A program made the position numbers and the translations under genes. DNA of 64,000 bases. Origin: Octopus sinensis. Its lineage: Eukaryota. Below, piece by piece: positions 36,795-48,760 of this stretch (position 1 is its first letter; each line of letters begins with the position of its first letter). The stretch spans positions 20,336,001-20,400,000 of the forward strand of contig NC_042997.1 of NCBI RefSeq assembly GCF_006345805.1, in the 5' to 3' direction. The notes under the pieces were generated by a model. It did no database searches. It was not told the origin of the DNA and saw only the letters and a program-made list of their open reading frames with translations.

Positions 36795-38500
36795 AGACTT
36801 AGTCTGTGTGTTTCACAGGTTGGGCCAGCTACAATGGGTCGTAGTTTTAGGTCCCCCGGGTTAGGTGTGTGTATGTATGTCTTTGGTGATATTTTAATGG
36901 TTTCATTTATAAATTGACTTTTATGAATTTTTATAATAACCACTTTTACAATAACCACTTCATGTTTGACAATACATTTTACCGTCAAAAATCCGGAATT
37001 GCTATGGGTACAAGGGCAGCACCAGTCATTGCGAACTTAACAATGGGATACATGGAAATAATCATTTACCAGGAATCTTTATCAATCTTTGGAAACCCCC
37101 TCTCTCAATACATAAAAGAGAACTGGAAACGATTCTTAGACGATTATTTTATTCTCTGGAATGAAAACACAGATAAACTCCTAAAATTTAAAAACCTATT
37201 GAACAGCATAAACCCAAATATACAGTTCACAATAGAATACAACCAAAAGGAGCTCCCGTTCTTGGATATACTAATTAAAAAAATTAACCTTAAAATAGAA
37301 ACAGACATTTTTTACAAAGCCACAGACGCCAAACAATACCTTCTCTTTAATTCATGCCACCCAAGACACACTAAAACAAACATCCCCTTCAACCTTGCAA
37401 GAAGGATATGCACAATAGTGTCAGAACAAAATACCAGGAACTTTAGACTGCAAGAACTCAAAAACACCCTAATTGACAGACATTACCCAGCTCAACTCAT
37501 AGAGGATGGGATCAGACGTGCAACAGAAATCAACTTAGAAACTTTAAGAAAAGTTCAACACAACAACACACCTTCCCCGAAAATACTACCTTACATATCT
37601 ACATACAACCCCAGAAACAAAGAAGCCTTCACCATCATCACCCAGAATTTACCAATACTTCAAAAAAACCCCAAATTAAAGGAAATTCTAAACATACACC
37701 AAATCATTAAAAGCTACAAACAGCCTAAATCACTTAAAAAGATTCTCACAAAGGCAAAATTGTCTTCTGAAATTACGGATGCAAAAGTAAAAAAATGTGG
37801 TTGATCGAACTGTGCAACATGTCCTAACCTGCTAGAAGGATCAGAATTCCTCTTTAAAGAGGGACAGAAATTCAAGATCAAATCTAACTTTACTTGTGCC
37901 TCTGAAAACATAATTTATGTCATAAAATGCTCGGGCTGCCACCAAGACTACGTGGGTTCCACGGGACTATCACTCAGACGTAGGTGCACACTGCATCGAC
38001 AACAGATTGCATTCCCAGAATATAGAATGATACCTTTTAGTGAGCACATTGAGAAATGCGCAAAGCAACTACTACCACAATTTTTAATCTTTCCATTTTA
38101 CCAATGTGCTTTCGGATCATCAATACAAATTAGACTAAACAAGGAAACATTCTTCATTGAAAAGTACAAGCCCAGACTCAACCATCCGAACATACTGATA
38201 CAGAGAAATTCACATTAAGGGAAAGGGAAAAAATTTTTTTAAGCGATTATCTCCCTTACACCGGAAGAAATCACCCACTACCTTCCCTTATTTAGAACTC
38301 TCCGGAGCATAAACACAAGGATAACTCTATTCAACATAAACATAACGTCACAAGAAATTTGAAAAGCTAAATGCGAAACCGGTCTTTCTTGAAAAATTAT
38401 GTCATTATAAGGGAAAAAATTTTTTTTTTTTAATTTTCTAATATTCTTCAGACATATTGACGCAAATATATATATATTTTTAACATTTAAGCCTTCTGTC
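36795..38500 (+). mobile_element. Penelope-like element (RT C-half + GIY-YIG endonuclease) with inverted 5' segment
   Basis: QKSGIAMGT, WKRFLDD, LPFLDI, FYKATD, HPRH; same frame continues after TGA 37802-37804 into CATC...IIYVIKC...YVGST to 38218. Segment 36795-36931 encodes KIHKS...LRPIVAGP on the minus strand. Confidence 0.92.
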
Positions 38501-38517
38501 GTTTTTTCACTCTTTAC

Positions 38518-38562
<45 letters not shown>

Positions 38563-38566
38563 AGAG

Positions 38567-39252
38567 AGGTGTGTGTGTGTGTGTGTATGTATGTATGAAT
38601 ATATATATATGCATATATATATATGTATGTATGTATGAATATATATACAGAGAGAGAGAGAGAGAGAAATATATACACATATATGAATATATTTATAATT
38701 TTATAAAAAAATACAAACTGGGACAAGAACGCAAAACATTTAAAAGGCGATACAAAAAACACAGATGGGAGATTCGAAGCCTTCAATCTTCAGTCAAGAA
38801 CCGGATCATCCTCGCAATTTCGGCTGATTAATCTTGAGATTGCTCCAATCTGGCCAGCCCCAAGGAAAAACTAAGCTAAGCGCATTAGATTCCTTGGAAA
38901 AAAGCTTCGAATGTATACAAAACAAGGACGGAAAAACGGACGGTGTTACACAAATATGAATACAAAAATAATACGTAAAATAATTATAATAATCCGTAAT
39001 AATAATAACAATAACAGGACATCACAAACAGGTGTCTTTCGACTTAGACGAATTAAACTCAGCTGGCGTGTTAGGAATGTGCCTTGAGGCAGAGAAAAAC
39101 AATGTTGATGTTACCACGACCGCTGCCAGGTGTGTGTGTGTCTGTATGTATGTATGAATATATATATGTATATATATATATGTATGTATGTATGAATATA
39201 TATACAGAGAGAGAGAGAGAGAAATATATACACATATATGAATATATTTATA
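38567..39252. repeat. ~125-bp compound-microsatellite direct repeat flanking a ~430-bp insert
   Basis: 38567-38697 and 39128-39252 have the same order of GT/TATG/TA/AG blocks and the same unique linkers. Confidence 0.8.
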
Positions 39253-39428
39253 TTTTTTTTTTGTTCTTTTGCTTGTTTCAGTCATTTGACGGTGACCATG
39301 CTGAACCACCACTTTGAAAGGTTTTAGCCAAACAAATCGACCCAAGGACTTCTAGTATCACTTTTGCTGAACCGTTATGTTACAGGGATGTAAACAGACA
39401 AACACGCATATATGTATATATATGTATA

Positions 39429-39487
<59 letters not shown>

Positions 39488-39690
39488 TTCTGTGTATCAC
39501 TTAACTGATGAAAATATTAGGAAGGCTGTTGTCCATGTCCTCTGCACCCATGTATCATCATCATCATCATCGTTTAACGTCCGTTCTCCATGCTAGCATG
39601 GGTTGGACGGTTTGACCGGGGATCTGGGAAGCCAGAAGGCTGCACCAGGCTCCGGTCTTATCTGGCAATGTTTCTACAGCTGGATATATG

Positions 39691-39742
<52 letters not shown>

Positions 39743-39869
39743 TATATGTGTAAATATATATATGTATATGTATACATACACATACCTCCATGGATTCACA
39801 ATCACAAAGTCATGGTTTGAGTTTTGAACCTTGCAGCACACTGTGTCCACATCACTCCTGTTTACTTAC

Positions 39870-39958
39870 TGTAATGAATACCAACCAATTGGTGGTGTGG
39901 TTTTCTCTTCCTCCAGCAGTCACATCCTTGGTGTTCCATGGGGTTAAGGGTGTATAGG
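39870..39958 (-). CDS. Candidate internal exon (89 nt)
   Basis: Acceptor catatttcttag, donor gtaagt. Two open frames (YTPLTPWNTKDVTAGGRENHTTNWLVFIT or LYTLNPMEHQGCDCWRKRK...). Confidence 0.35.
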
Positions 39959-40059
39959 CTAAGAAATATGTGTCTGTTCACAACTACATAGGCAACTTAA
40001 GCAATTAGTGCAAATATAGTAGAAGCTGCCAGATCATACTCCTGCATGAGTAATGATCA

Positions 40060-40350
<291 letters not shown>

Positions 40351-41044
40351 ATCACTAGCCTCATCATATGTTATTGTATTTATGAACATGTGTATGCATC
40401 TATGTCTGTGCATATATTTACTAGGGCTGTGTTAAAAAAATTACTTCACTGTTCAATAAATATAGATTAATACAAATAAGCACTAAAATGAAATAAGAAT
40501 TTGCATTGACATGTATGATTAGAAACCTCTCAAATATGGTGCTTCCACAGGGTTACAGTCAATGCCTGAAACCAGGAAAAGAATAAAAGAATACAGATTT
40601 ATAATTTCTTATATGATGAGGAAAGAAAGAAAGATAAAGAAATGATAACTTTGCCTTTATAACAACTTTATCAGTTTTTAGGAGGACCTCCACCAGAGGA
40701 GCAGTCTCTCATAAACAATTTTAATTTATCCATTTTAAAGAAGTGATTCTTAATTTTCATTAGAATTTGTACCCTTAGATGGTTCCATTGAGAAACAGAT
40801 ATAGACAGAAAAATGTAGACAATAAATGTCTAAAAACTCCATCTCTTAATGAAGCTTTGATAAGATTTTAATCATTTCATTTTCTCATATTAACACTGTT
40901 ATTGTTATGCATGAACAGTTGATATTCTGTTAAGTATTTGAGTTGCTTTATCTCTATAATATGTAGTGCCATTAATGCTCATGCTGTCAATATTATTTCA
41001 GTGCCATTAATATTTATTTCAGTAATCAATCTATGTCATTTTAG

Positions 41045-41133
41045 GTGTTTCTTTTATTGTCAGTAGTCATTGCTTGGTTCATCTGTAATTATCATAAACA
41101 CATAACACTTTTTGACATCCTTTTGTTTATCTG
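41045..41133 (+). CDS. Candidate exon (89 nt), VFLLLSVVIAWFICNYHKHITLFDILLFI
   Basis: Acceptor ctatgtcattttag, donor TG|gtaaga; only one frame open. Confidence 0.35.
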
Positions 41134-42639
41134 GTAAGATGTTATCGATCTGGCTATGAGAATTCAAATGTTCAAGTGGTTGGGCATGACAAAGACATTT
41201 CTATCCTTAATATTATTCTCAGGTTGAACCAGGTAACATAATATATTACAAGGCAGGACCTTTTAAAGTACAGGTACTGTCTAACCAACACACTTCCACA
41301 CAGTTTGAAGTGAATTGAATTTTAATTTACAATGCTTGGGATCAGCCAAAGGTACAGTAAAGATACTTGCCCAAGATGTAAGAGGCTGTGACTGAATTTA
41401 GCAATTCATGATTGTAAACTGAATTGCTTGGGTAGAATCATGTCTGTAACCAAAACACCATTAGTTTCTGAATGACCAGACATTCTGTTAGACAATGCAG
41501 ATGATGTCAAGGACTTCGGTAATGTTGTAAACAGGTTATTGGTCTGACATTTGGAGACTCTCTGGTGTTACTATTCAAGGGAATCAATAGTGTTTTTCTT
41601 TCTAGTCAGTTGCAATTCTGTTCTCTTTATTAATTTATTTAATGGCATTGCTATAACTTCAAACACACTGATTATACATCTCAGCCACATGTAGGTGGGG
41701 TGATTTATCAATTTCAGAAGCTTTCAATTAGCAGTACTATATTGTATCATTGAATTCATTGCTAGTTCTACTGGGCCATATTTCTGATGGTGCTGTGTTT
41801 TTATATTCCATCTCTTCTAAATCTGTTCCATATTTTCTTCCAAAATTCAGATTTCTATTGATCAAAAATATCATCTAAGTTATGCATTTATTTTATTGAT
41901 GTCTAAGTAAACTTTTTTAGTACTTGTTTAAAATAACATATTCCTACAAAAGAAACAGTTTTGTCTTTTAAACTTTCTTATCCATCATAAATTTTCTAAG
42001 TGGTTTTAGTCTCTCTTTTACTTTTACATTACTTTTTATTTTGAAATAATATTTGCTTTGTTTTCACCTTTATGCTATATTCAACACTTCATTCATATTT
42101 CTTTGACTAAGTTTAGTTCTTCCCTCTTTTTTACCAACTTCCAAACTGTTTTACATTTTTCATTTTGGTGACACGTAAAAGCACCATCCGTTCATGGCCG
42201 CTCGCCAGCTCTGTCTGGCACCTGTGCAGGTGGCACGTAAAAAACACCCACTACACTCGCGGAGTGGTTGGCGTTAGGAAGGGCATCCAGCCGTAGAAAC
42301 ACTGCCAGATCTGACTGGGCCTGACGAAGCCTTCCAGCTTCACAGACCCCAGTTGACCCGTCCAACCCATGCTAGCATGGAAAGCGGACGCTAAATGATG
42401 ATGATGATGAATTTCTTACTATTTGGATAGATTTACACCTTCTTTATATTTGCCCCACCATTTCCCTTGGTATGCATCTTTCCTCCATTTTTCATTATCA
42501 ATCTCATGGAAAAATATTTTTTTCCCAATATATTTTATAAGCTTGTCTGAAGAAGACCATAAAGAATCAAATGTGATTTCCTTCTAGATTCTCATGGCTA
42601 CTCAATAAACTAGAGCATTTAACATATCTTACACCTGTT

Positions 42640-43035
42640 ATTTGTTTCAGTATTTAGACTGCATCTATGCTGGGGCACCACCTTGAAGGGTTTAGTAAAA
42701 TAAATTGACCCTAGTAGCTATTGATTTTAAGCCTGGTACTTATTCTATTGGTCTCCAGACCACTGAGTAATAGGAATCCAAACAAACCAACACCAGTTGT
42801 AAAGTGGTGATGGTGGGGGAGCAAACACAAGCACAGAGACACACACACACACACACACACACACTTTTACACACACACATCAGGCTTCATTCATGTTCCA
42901 TCTACCACATTCACTTACAAGGCATTGATCAGTACAAGGCCACAACAGAAAAAAAACTTGCCTAAGGTGCCACACAGTGGAATTGAACCCAGAACTATAT
43001 GGTTTGGAAGTGAGCTTCTTATCACACAGCCATGT
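42640..43035 (-). mobile_element. SINE family 1, decayed
   Basis: Collinear with the other family 1 copies. Confidence 0.75.
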
Positions 43036-43975
43036 AGAAGTTTTAGTATTTTATATTTGATTATTATTTCCAGAGATATATTTTATACATAGTTTGGGGA
43101 GGTGTTTTCCTGATCTACTTTATTAAAGTAATTTCTATGTTCTTTTCTGGTTCTTATATGTTTCTTCCATTGTTGATTCTCATTAACTGGTTGTGGGATG
43201 GGTTTTTCATGGAATTCTTTTCGGCTGAACAGGTTGGATATGAACATTGTACAGAAGCATGTTGTATAGACTGTACTTGTTCCTGGGTGGTGAATGTTAT
43301 CAATCATTTCATTTAACACAACTAGACATTTGCATGCTCTTAGTAGACTCTACTTTTAAACAAGTGTTGAGATCAAGTTTCTGATCTGAGGATTATTTTT
43401 GTATCCTGATACACTGCTTCATACTGCAGTTACCCATAACTCATGGTTTTTTGTTTTCCCAGCCTTGGATACCCCTTGAGAAATACATTGGCTGTCTATT
43501 CCATTCATAAATAAGCCATAAATATAATAAATCTTGCCTTAAATATCCACCTGGGGAAATTAATAGTAAGGAGAGTAATACTACAGTTTTCTTATATTGC
43601 AGTCACTACCTAATACTAGCATCAGACCAAAACATTTGGTGATAGTGTAGCTTCATTCTGTTATATTATCCATAATTGTATGAAATGGTAATAACCTCTT
43701 AAAAATTGATAATGTATGTTGCATATCATTTAATTGTTTACTAAATAGCTTTGACTTAAACTAGGCTTCGAGAACTTAGCAAAATATTTAATAACAGTAT
43801 TTAACCAATGTAAACAGTTTGGATATGAAAGAGAAATACTGACTATATTTAAAAGTAACATAGAGTAAGGCTGCCACAAGGAGTAGAAAACATGGTAATA
43901 GTAGAAGAGAGTGAAAGAGATAATAACTATGTGACGAGGAAGAAATTAGAAGCAGTTTAAGATGCTTGGTATTAC

Positions 43976-44002
43976 CTTTCAGATGATTGGTCTTTTTCTT
44001 GC
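43976..44002 (-). CDS. Candidate 27-nt exon
   Basis: Acceptor tacattttatag, donor AAG|gtaata; two frames open. Confidence 0.3.
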
Positions 44003-45889
44003 CTATAAAATGTAATATATTGCACAAATATAATTTTTTCTATTCATAAGTGGAATTCTGTTTCTGTAATTGTTCAAGAACAGAAAAAAAGTTAGATCAA
44101 TAATTCAAGTTAGGTACTTCACACAGTCTCTTAACGAATAATTGATTAACATTTGGGCAAAACTGATAAATATTATTGATATGAGAGAAAGTAGTAGAGA
44201 ATCCTATAATTTCTATCAAATTGACTCTATCAAGCAGTTCTTCTGTAGCAATAGAAATTTAAACAAACATAATCTTGGCTTTGCAGAAATGAAATAACTG
44301 CAAAGAAAATTAGTCAAAATACAATAGGCAGTAGCATATTGAATACGAGATATGGATCGTTTGGAAACACTTGTGGGATTTGAGGCTTTATAATAGTAGT
44401 CAAGCAGGAATTGATTATAGAAGTTCTAAAGAAAACCTAATCGATGTTTTCCATCAACACCAGTAATATTATCTCTGCCAATATCACAATCATTACTATT
44501 TCTTCTGTCAGTATGAACAAAACTAGTCATTCATATCCCATAACAATTCATCAAGATGAAAAGCAATTTAGTGTGGGCCTTTTTAATCTGCATATTACAC
44601 AAAGTTGAGGGTCAACAAAGGGTTAATATTACTCGAAAATAGACCATAATTTCTTATTTATAGCCTGCAGAGTTATATATGCAGTTTGATTTCAGATAAT
44701 TGCAATCATGTTATAAAAGAAATTTCTAGAAATACATTGTGATCAGACAAACATATCATTTAATAATTAAATACAGTTCAGTATATGAGTATAGAAAATA
44801 TGCTTATGATTTAGTTAATTAGTATAATGATAGAATACACATGATGTGATTAAAATGTGATATGGTGCATGCTTATTTCTATTTCCAGTTATTCTAACAG
44901 TTTTGTTTTGCTTTAAAACACATGACTTTCTGCAAACTACACAGTTTAAATTAAACAATACTATTTGAGCTATGTTAAATTCTTGAACAAGATAAGTAAT
45001 GCACTTTAATGTAGCAAGCTAGAAAATAATAATCTTGGAATAAATTTTGTATCATCATCATCATTATCATCATCACCATTGTTGTCATCATTGTTGTTGT
45101 TATTGTTATCATATAAATAATAGCAAAGGGAAAATATTGTCAAGTATTGTCAAATAAGATAACAATCTCCTCAATCTTTTCCAACACTTTCAGATCTGTG
45201 ATTGAGTTTAGTTCTGGAATGCAGAAAATCCATAGTAAAGTATTAAATTATGTAAAATATTAACTATTTGCTCAAATTTGAATATAAAACCATTTTCATT
45301 TTATGTTTTACTTAAGGAATATAATGCATCATAAATATTCATTTTATTCAAAACTTTCATTAAGATTTATAGGGAACTTTTAGATTTTGATAGGCATACT
45401 TCATTCTTTTTATTCCTTAATTCTTAAAATCCTGTAGTGTTTTCTCTTTATAAATCTCCTAGTCCTGTCAGAAGCTAAAGATTTTAATGTCATGCAGCTA
45501 ATCCAGTATAAAAATCATAACTGCACGAATTTAGATCAAAATTAGTGATAGAAAATAATGATTGTTGCTGTACACTGTGAATGGGATTTTACCTGTTGTT
45601 GATTTTTATCTGTTGCCATGTCACTTTCATCTAGTGATGTAGGTTGAACACAGGTAAGTTGATTACACATACATTTTTTTTTTTTTGTTTTTACATATAC
45701 TCGCAAGGTATCATATTCATATCGATCAATTTACTGTCTGAATGCTCAATTTGTGTACCAGTAGCTTCTGCAACTTAGAAACTGCACAAATCCCATAAGA
45801 AAAAGCTTCTTGAAATATGCCTTCATCTTCTCCTTTCAAAGGTTTCCTAAGCCCATATCACTAATAATTTATGTTGTTTACTCTTCTTA

Positions 45890-46157
45890 CAATGTGGAGG
45901 CACGTGGCTTAGTGGTTAGTGCGTCAGCACCATGATAGTAAGATTGTGGTTTCGATTCCTGGACCGGGTGACGCATTGTGTTCTTGAGCAAAACACTTCA
46001 TTTCAGGTTGCTCCAGTTCACTCAGCTGGCAAAAATGAGTAACACTGCGATGGACTGGCGTCTTGTCCAGCTGGGGAACACACACACCATAGAAACCAGG
46101 AAACCGGGCCCATGAGCCTGGCTTGGCTTAAAAAAGGGCGCATTTATTTTATTTTTA
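45890..46157 (+). mobile_element. tRNA-derived SINE (head B + tail Y)
   Basis: 12-bp TSD ttactcttctta at 45878-45889 and 46158-46169; B-box ggtttcgattcc. Confidence 0.88.
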
Positions 46158-46364
46158 TTACTCTTCTTATAGTATATATGCTCTCCTCATAAATCCACCA
46201 TTATGCAGAGACCCTACACTTAAAATATATCAGAAAATACTTTTTAATCTATAACATTCACTAATAAAAGCACCAATGCAATGATTATCTCTTGTACTTT
46301 TCCTCAATCAGTTAATTCCAATATAAATTCCTTGCTCATGTTTACAGATTACATTGAAGTATCA

Positions 46365-46574
46365 CTCTTTTACTCTTTTACTTGTTTCAGTCATTTGACT
46401 GCGGCCATGCTGGAGCACCGCCTTTTAGTCGAGCACATCGACCCCGGGACTTGTTCTTTGTAAGCCCAGTACTTATTCTATCGGTCTCTTTTGCCGAACC
46501 ACTAAATGACGGAGACGTAAACACACCAGAATCAGTTGTAAAGCAATGCTAGGGGGACAAACACAGACACACAA

Positions 46575-46607
<33 letters not shown>

Positions 46608-46780
46608 CATATATACGACAGGCTTCTTTCAGTTTCTGTCTACCAAATCCACTCACAAGGCATTGGTCGGCCTGGGGCTATAGCAGAAGACATTTGCCCA
46701 AGATGCCACGCAGTGGGACTGAACCTGGAACCATGTGGTTGGTTAGCAAGCTACTTACCACACAGCCACTCCTGTGCCTA
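46365..46780 (-). mobile_element. SINE family 1, uninterrupted
   Basis: tRNA-like head, internal (CA)n(TA)n, (AAAAGAGT)-type tail. Confidence 0.9.
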
Positions 46781-46849
46781 TACTATGCACTGATTATTTT
46801 CTCAAAGTACTTTTTGTTAATTAAAACATTAATGAATAATCATAAATGA

Positions 46850-47390
46850 GGACAGCTGTGTGATGAAGTACCACACTCTAATGGTGGAGGGAACCTGTGG
46901 AAGAGGTACACTCAGGAAGGCATAGGACGAGGTGGTGAAGCATGATCTTCGAATGTTGGGCCTCATAGAGGCAATGACAAGTGACTGAGACTGTTGGTGA
47001 TATGCTGAGCTTGAGAAGACCTGTCAAGCCAAGAGAGATCATAGTCATAACTGTAAATGGTACATAAAAATCACCCATCAAACACTGGGTGATACGTTGT
47101 GCTTGAGAAGACCTGTCAAGCCAAACGAAATTGTAGCAGCAACCAATGCCAGTGCTGGTTGACTGGCACCCATAAAATGCATCATTCGAGTGCATGTAAA
47201 AAATACCCACTACACTCTTGGAGAGTTTGGCATTAGGAAGGGCATCCAGTCATAGAAATCATGCCAAACCAGGCTGGAACCTAGTGTAGCTTCCCAACTC
47301 ACCAGTTTTCAGCCAAACCATCCAACTCATGCCAGTATGGAAAGCAGACGTTAAATAATGATGATGATGATGATGATGATAATGATGATG
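46850..47390 (+). mobile_element. RTE 3' end (last codons + 3' UTR + (GAT)n)
   Basis: Matches 62830-63470; the internal repeat cttgagaagacctgtcaagccaa occurs twice. Confidence 0.8.
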
Positions 47391-47735
47391 AGATTATTAA
47401 TAAGTAGTGTTACCAAATTTTAGCTTGATGTCTAATGCTTGAAAACCAAACAAAAAATATCCCTCCCTCCCTTATCCACTTATCAAATCACAAAAGCAAA
47501 ACTACACATGACATAAATAAGAAGTCTTTTGAGAAGAAGTTCCTTTTAAAATGAGGCTAAACTACTTTTCCCTCACATAGGAAAGAGCTTATTTCCTGTT
47601 TGTTGGGCCCCAAAATAATAACACAGTTTGAATTGGAGTTATGTGCAATTAAAAGATTCAGTAACAAGGTATCATTCACAATGAATAATTATACTTGTTA
47701 AGCAATAGCACAAAGGAATATATTTGTTACTGACA

Positions 47736-47837
47736 CATCATCATCATCATCATTTAGCGTCCGTTTTCCATGCTAGCATAAACCGTCCAACCCATGCTAG
47801 CATGGAAAACGGACGCTAAATGATGATGATGATGATG
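47736..47837. repeat. Perfect 44-bp inverted repeat built from two RTE 3' termini, 14-nt spacer
   Basis: (CAT)6ttagcgtccgttttccatgctagcat / atgctagcatggaaaacggacgctaa(ATG)6. Confidence 0.92.
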
Positions 47838-47961
47838 ATGATATATTCTGTGAATCTCTTTTAGACAACCGACACTGACACTGAAAAAAGTGGAAAAGTA
47901 TCTCAGGACTATATTCATGAGTGATTGAATACAAGAGGCTGAACTGGATGCTAGTATTATA

Positions 47962-48225
47962 TATTTATTTATTACCCACAAGGGGCTAAACAAAGAGGGG
48001 ACAAACAAGGACGTACAAAGGTATTGAGTCGATTACATCGACCCCAGTGCGTAACTGGTACTTTATTTATCGACCCCGAAAGGATGAAAGGCAAAGTCGA
48101 CCTCGGCAGAATTTGAACTTGGAACGTAACGGCAGATGAAATACCACTAAGCATTTCACCCGGCATGCTAACGTTTCTGACAGCTCACCACCTTAGCCAG
48201 CTCACTGCCTAGTAGTATAGTATTA
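47962..48225 (-). mobile_element. SINE family 2 with TSD
   Basis: tggatgctagtattata at 47945-47961 and 48226-48242. Confidence 0.9.
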
Positions 48226-48469
48226 TGGATGCTAGTATTATAGTTACAGGCATAGTAATGCACCAGCTCTAGTATTTGATCCTCAAAAGAGAAGAATATA
48301 ATGAAAAAAACCTGACTCACTATCTTCAATTCGATTTTCAAGCATATCTTTATCTATGGCTATTAATGTTGCATAATGACAGAGAGTACGATCTCAAATA
48401 TAAGCATCTAAAATGGAATTCTTTTGAAAGATTTTTGGAGTAACATTACTCAACAGGGTACGTAGCTTG

Positions 48470-48760
48470 GAGATCAGAGTTTCTTCCCATGTTGAGCTGC
48501 TACTCCTCCATAGTGAGAGATCACTGCTCCAGTCATTCAGACATGTGATTAGAATTTACAGGACTGAATCACAAGCTAGATTCTTCTTGCTAAACCAACT
48601 GGCAGGAGACCTAGGTGTAGACCAAGAACGAGATGGCTGGATAATATCCACGTTGTCAGTTGGTCATGCTTGGGAATCCATCTTCAAAATCTAATGATAG
48701 TTGCTTCTGATAAGGTCTGATGGCAGAGTTGCTTGAGGACTTTCCCCACCCACCCATGAT
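48470..48760 (+). mobile_element. RTE ORF 3'-end remnant
   Basis: SERSLLQSFRHVIR and LLAKPTGRRPRCRPRTRWLDNI. Confidence 0.7.

Noticed and set aside
37802-37804. Programmed read-through or selenocysteine at the in-frame TGA
   Set aside because: A CGA>TGA transition in a decaying TE is simpler; no SECIS-like structure noticed.
43073-43355. Open frames on both strands in the same register (hydrophobic on +, hydrophilic on -)
   Set aside because: No recognisable motif, no convincing donor/acceptor pair in compatible phase, and strand cannot be decided.
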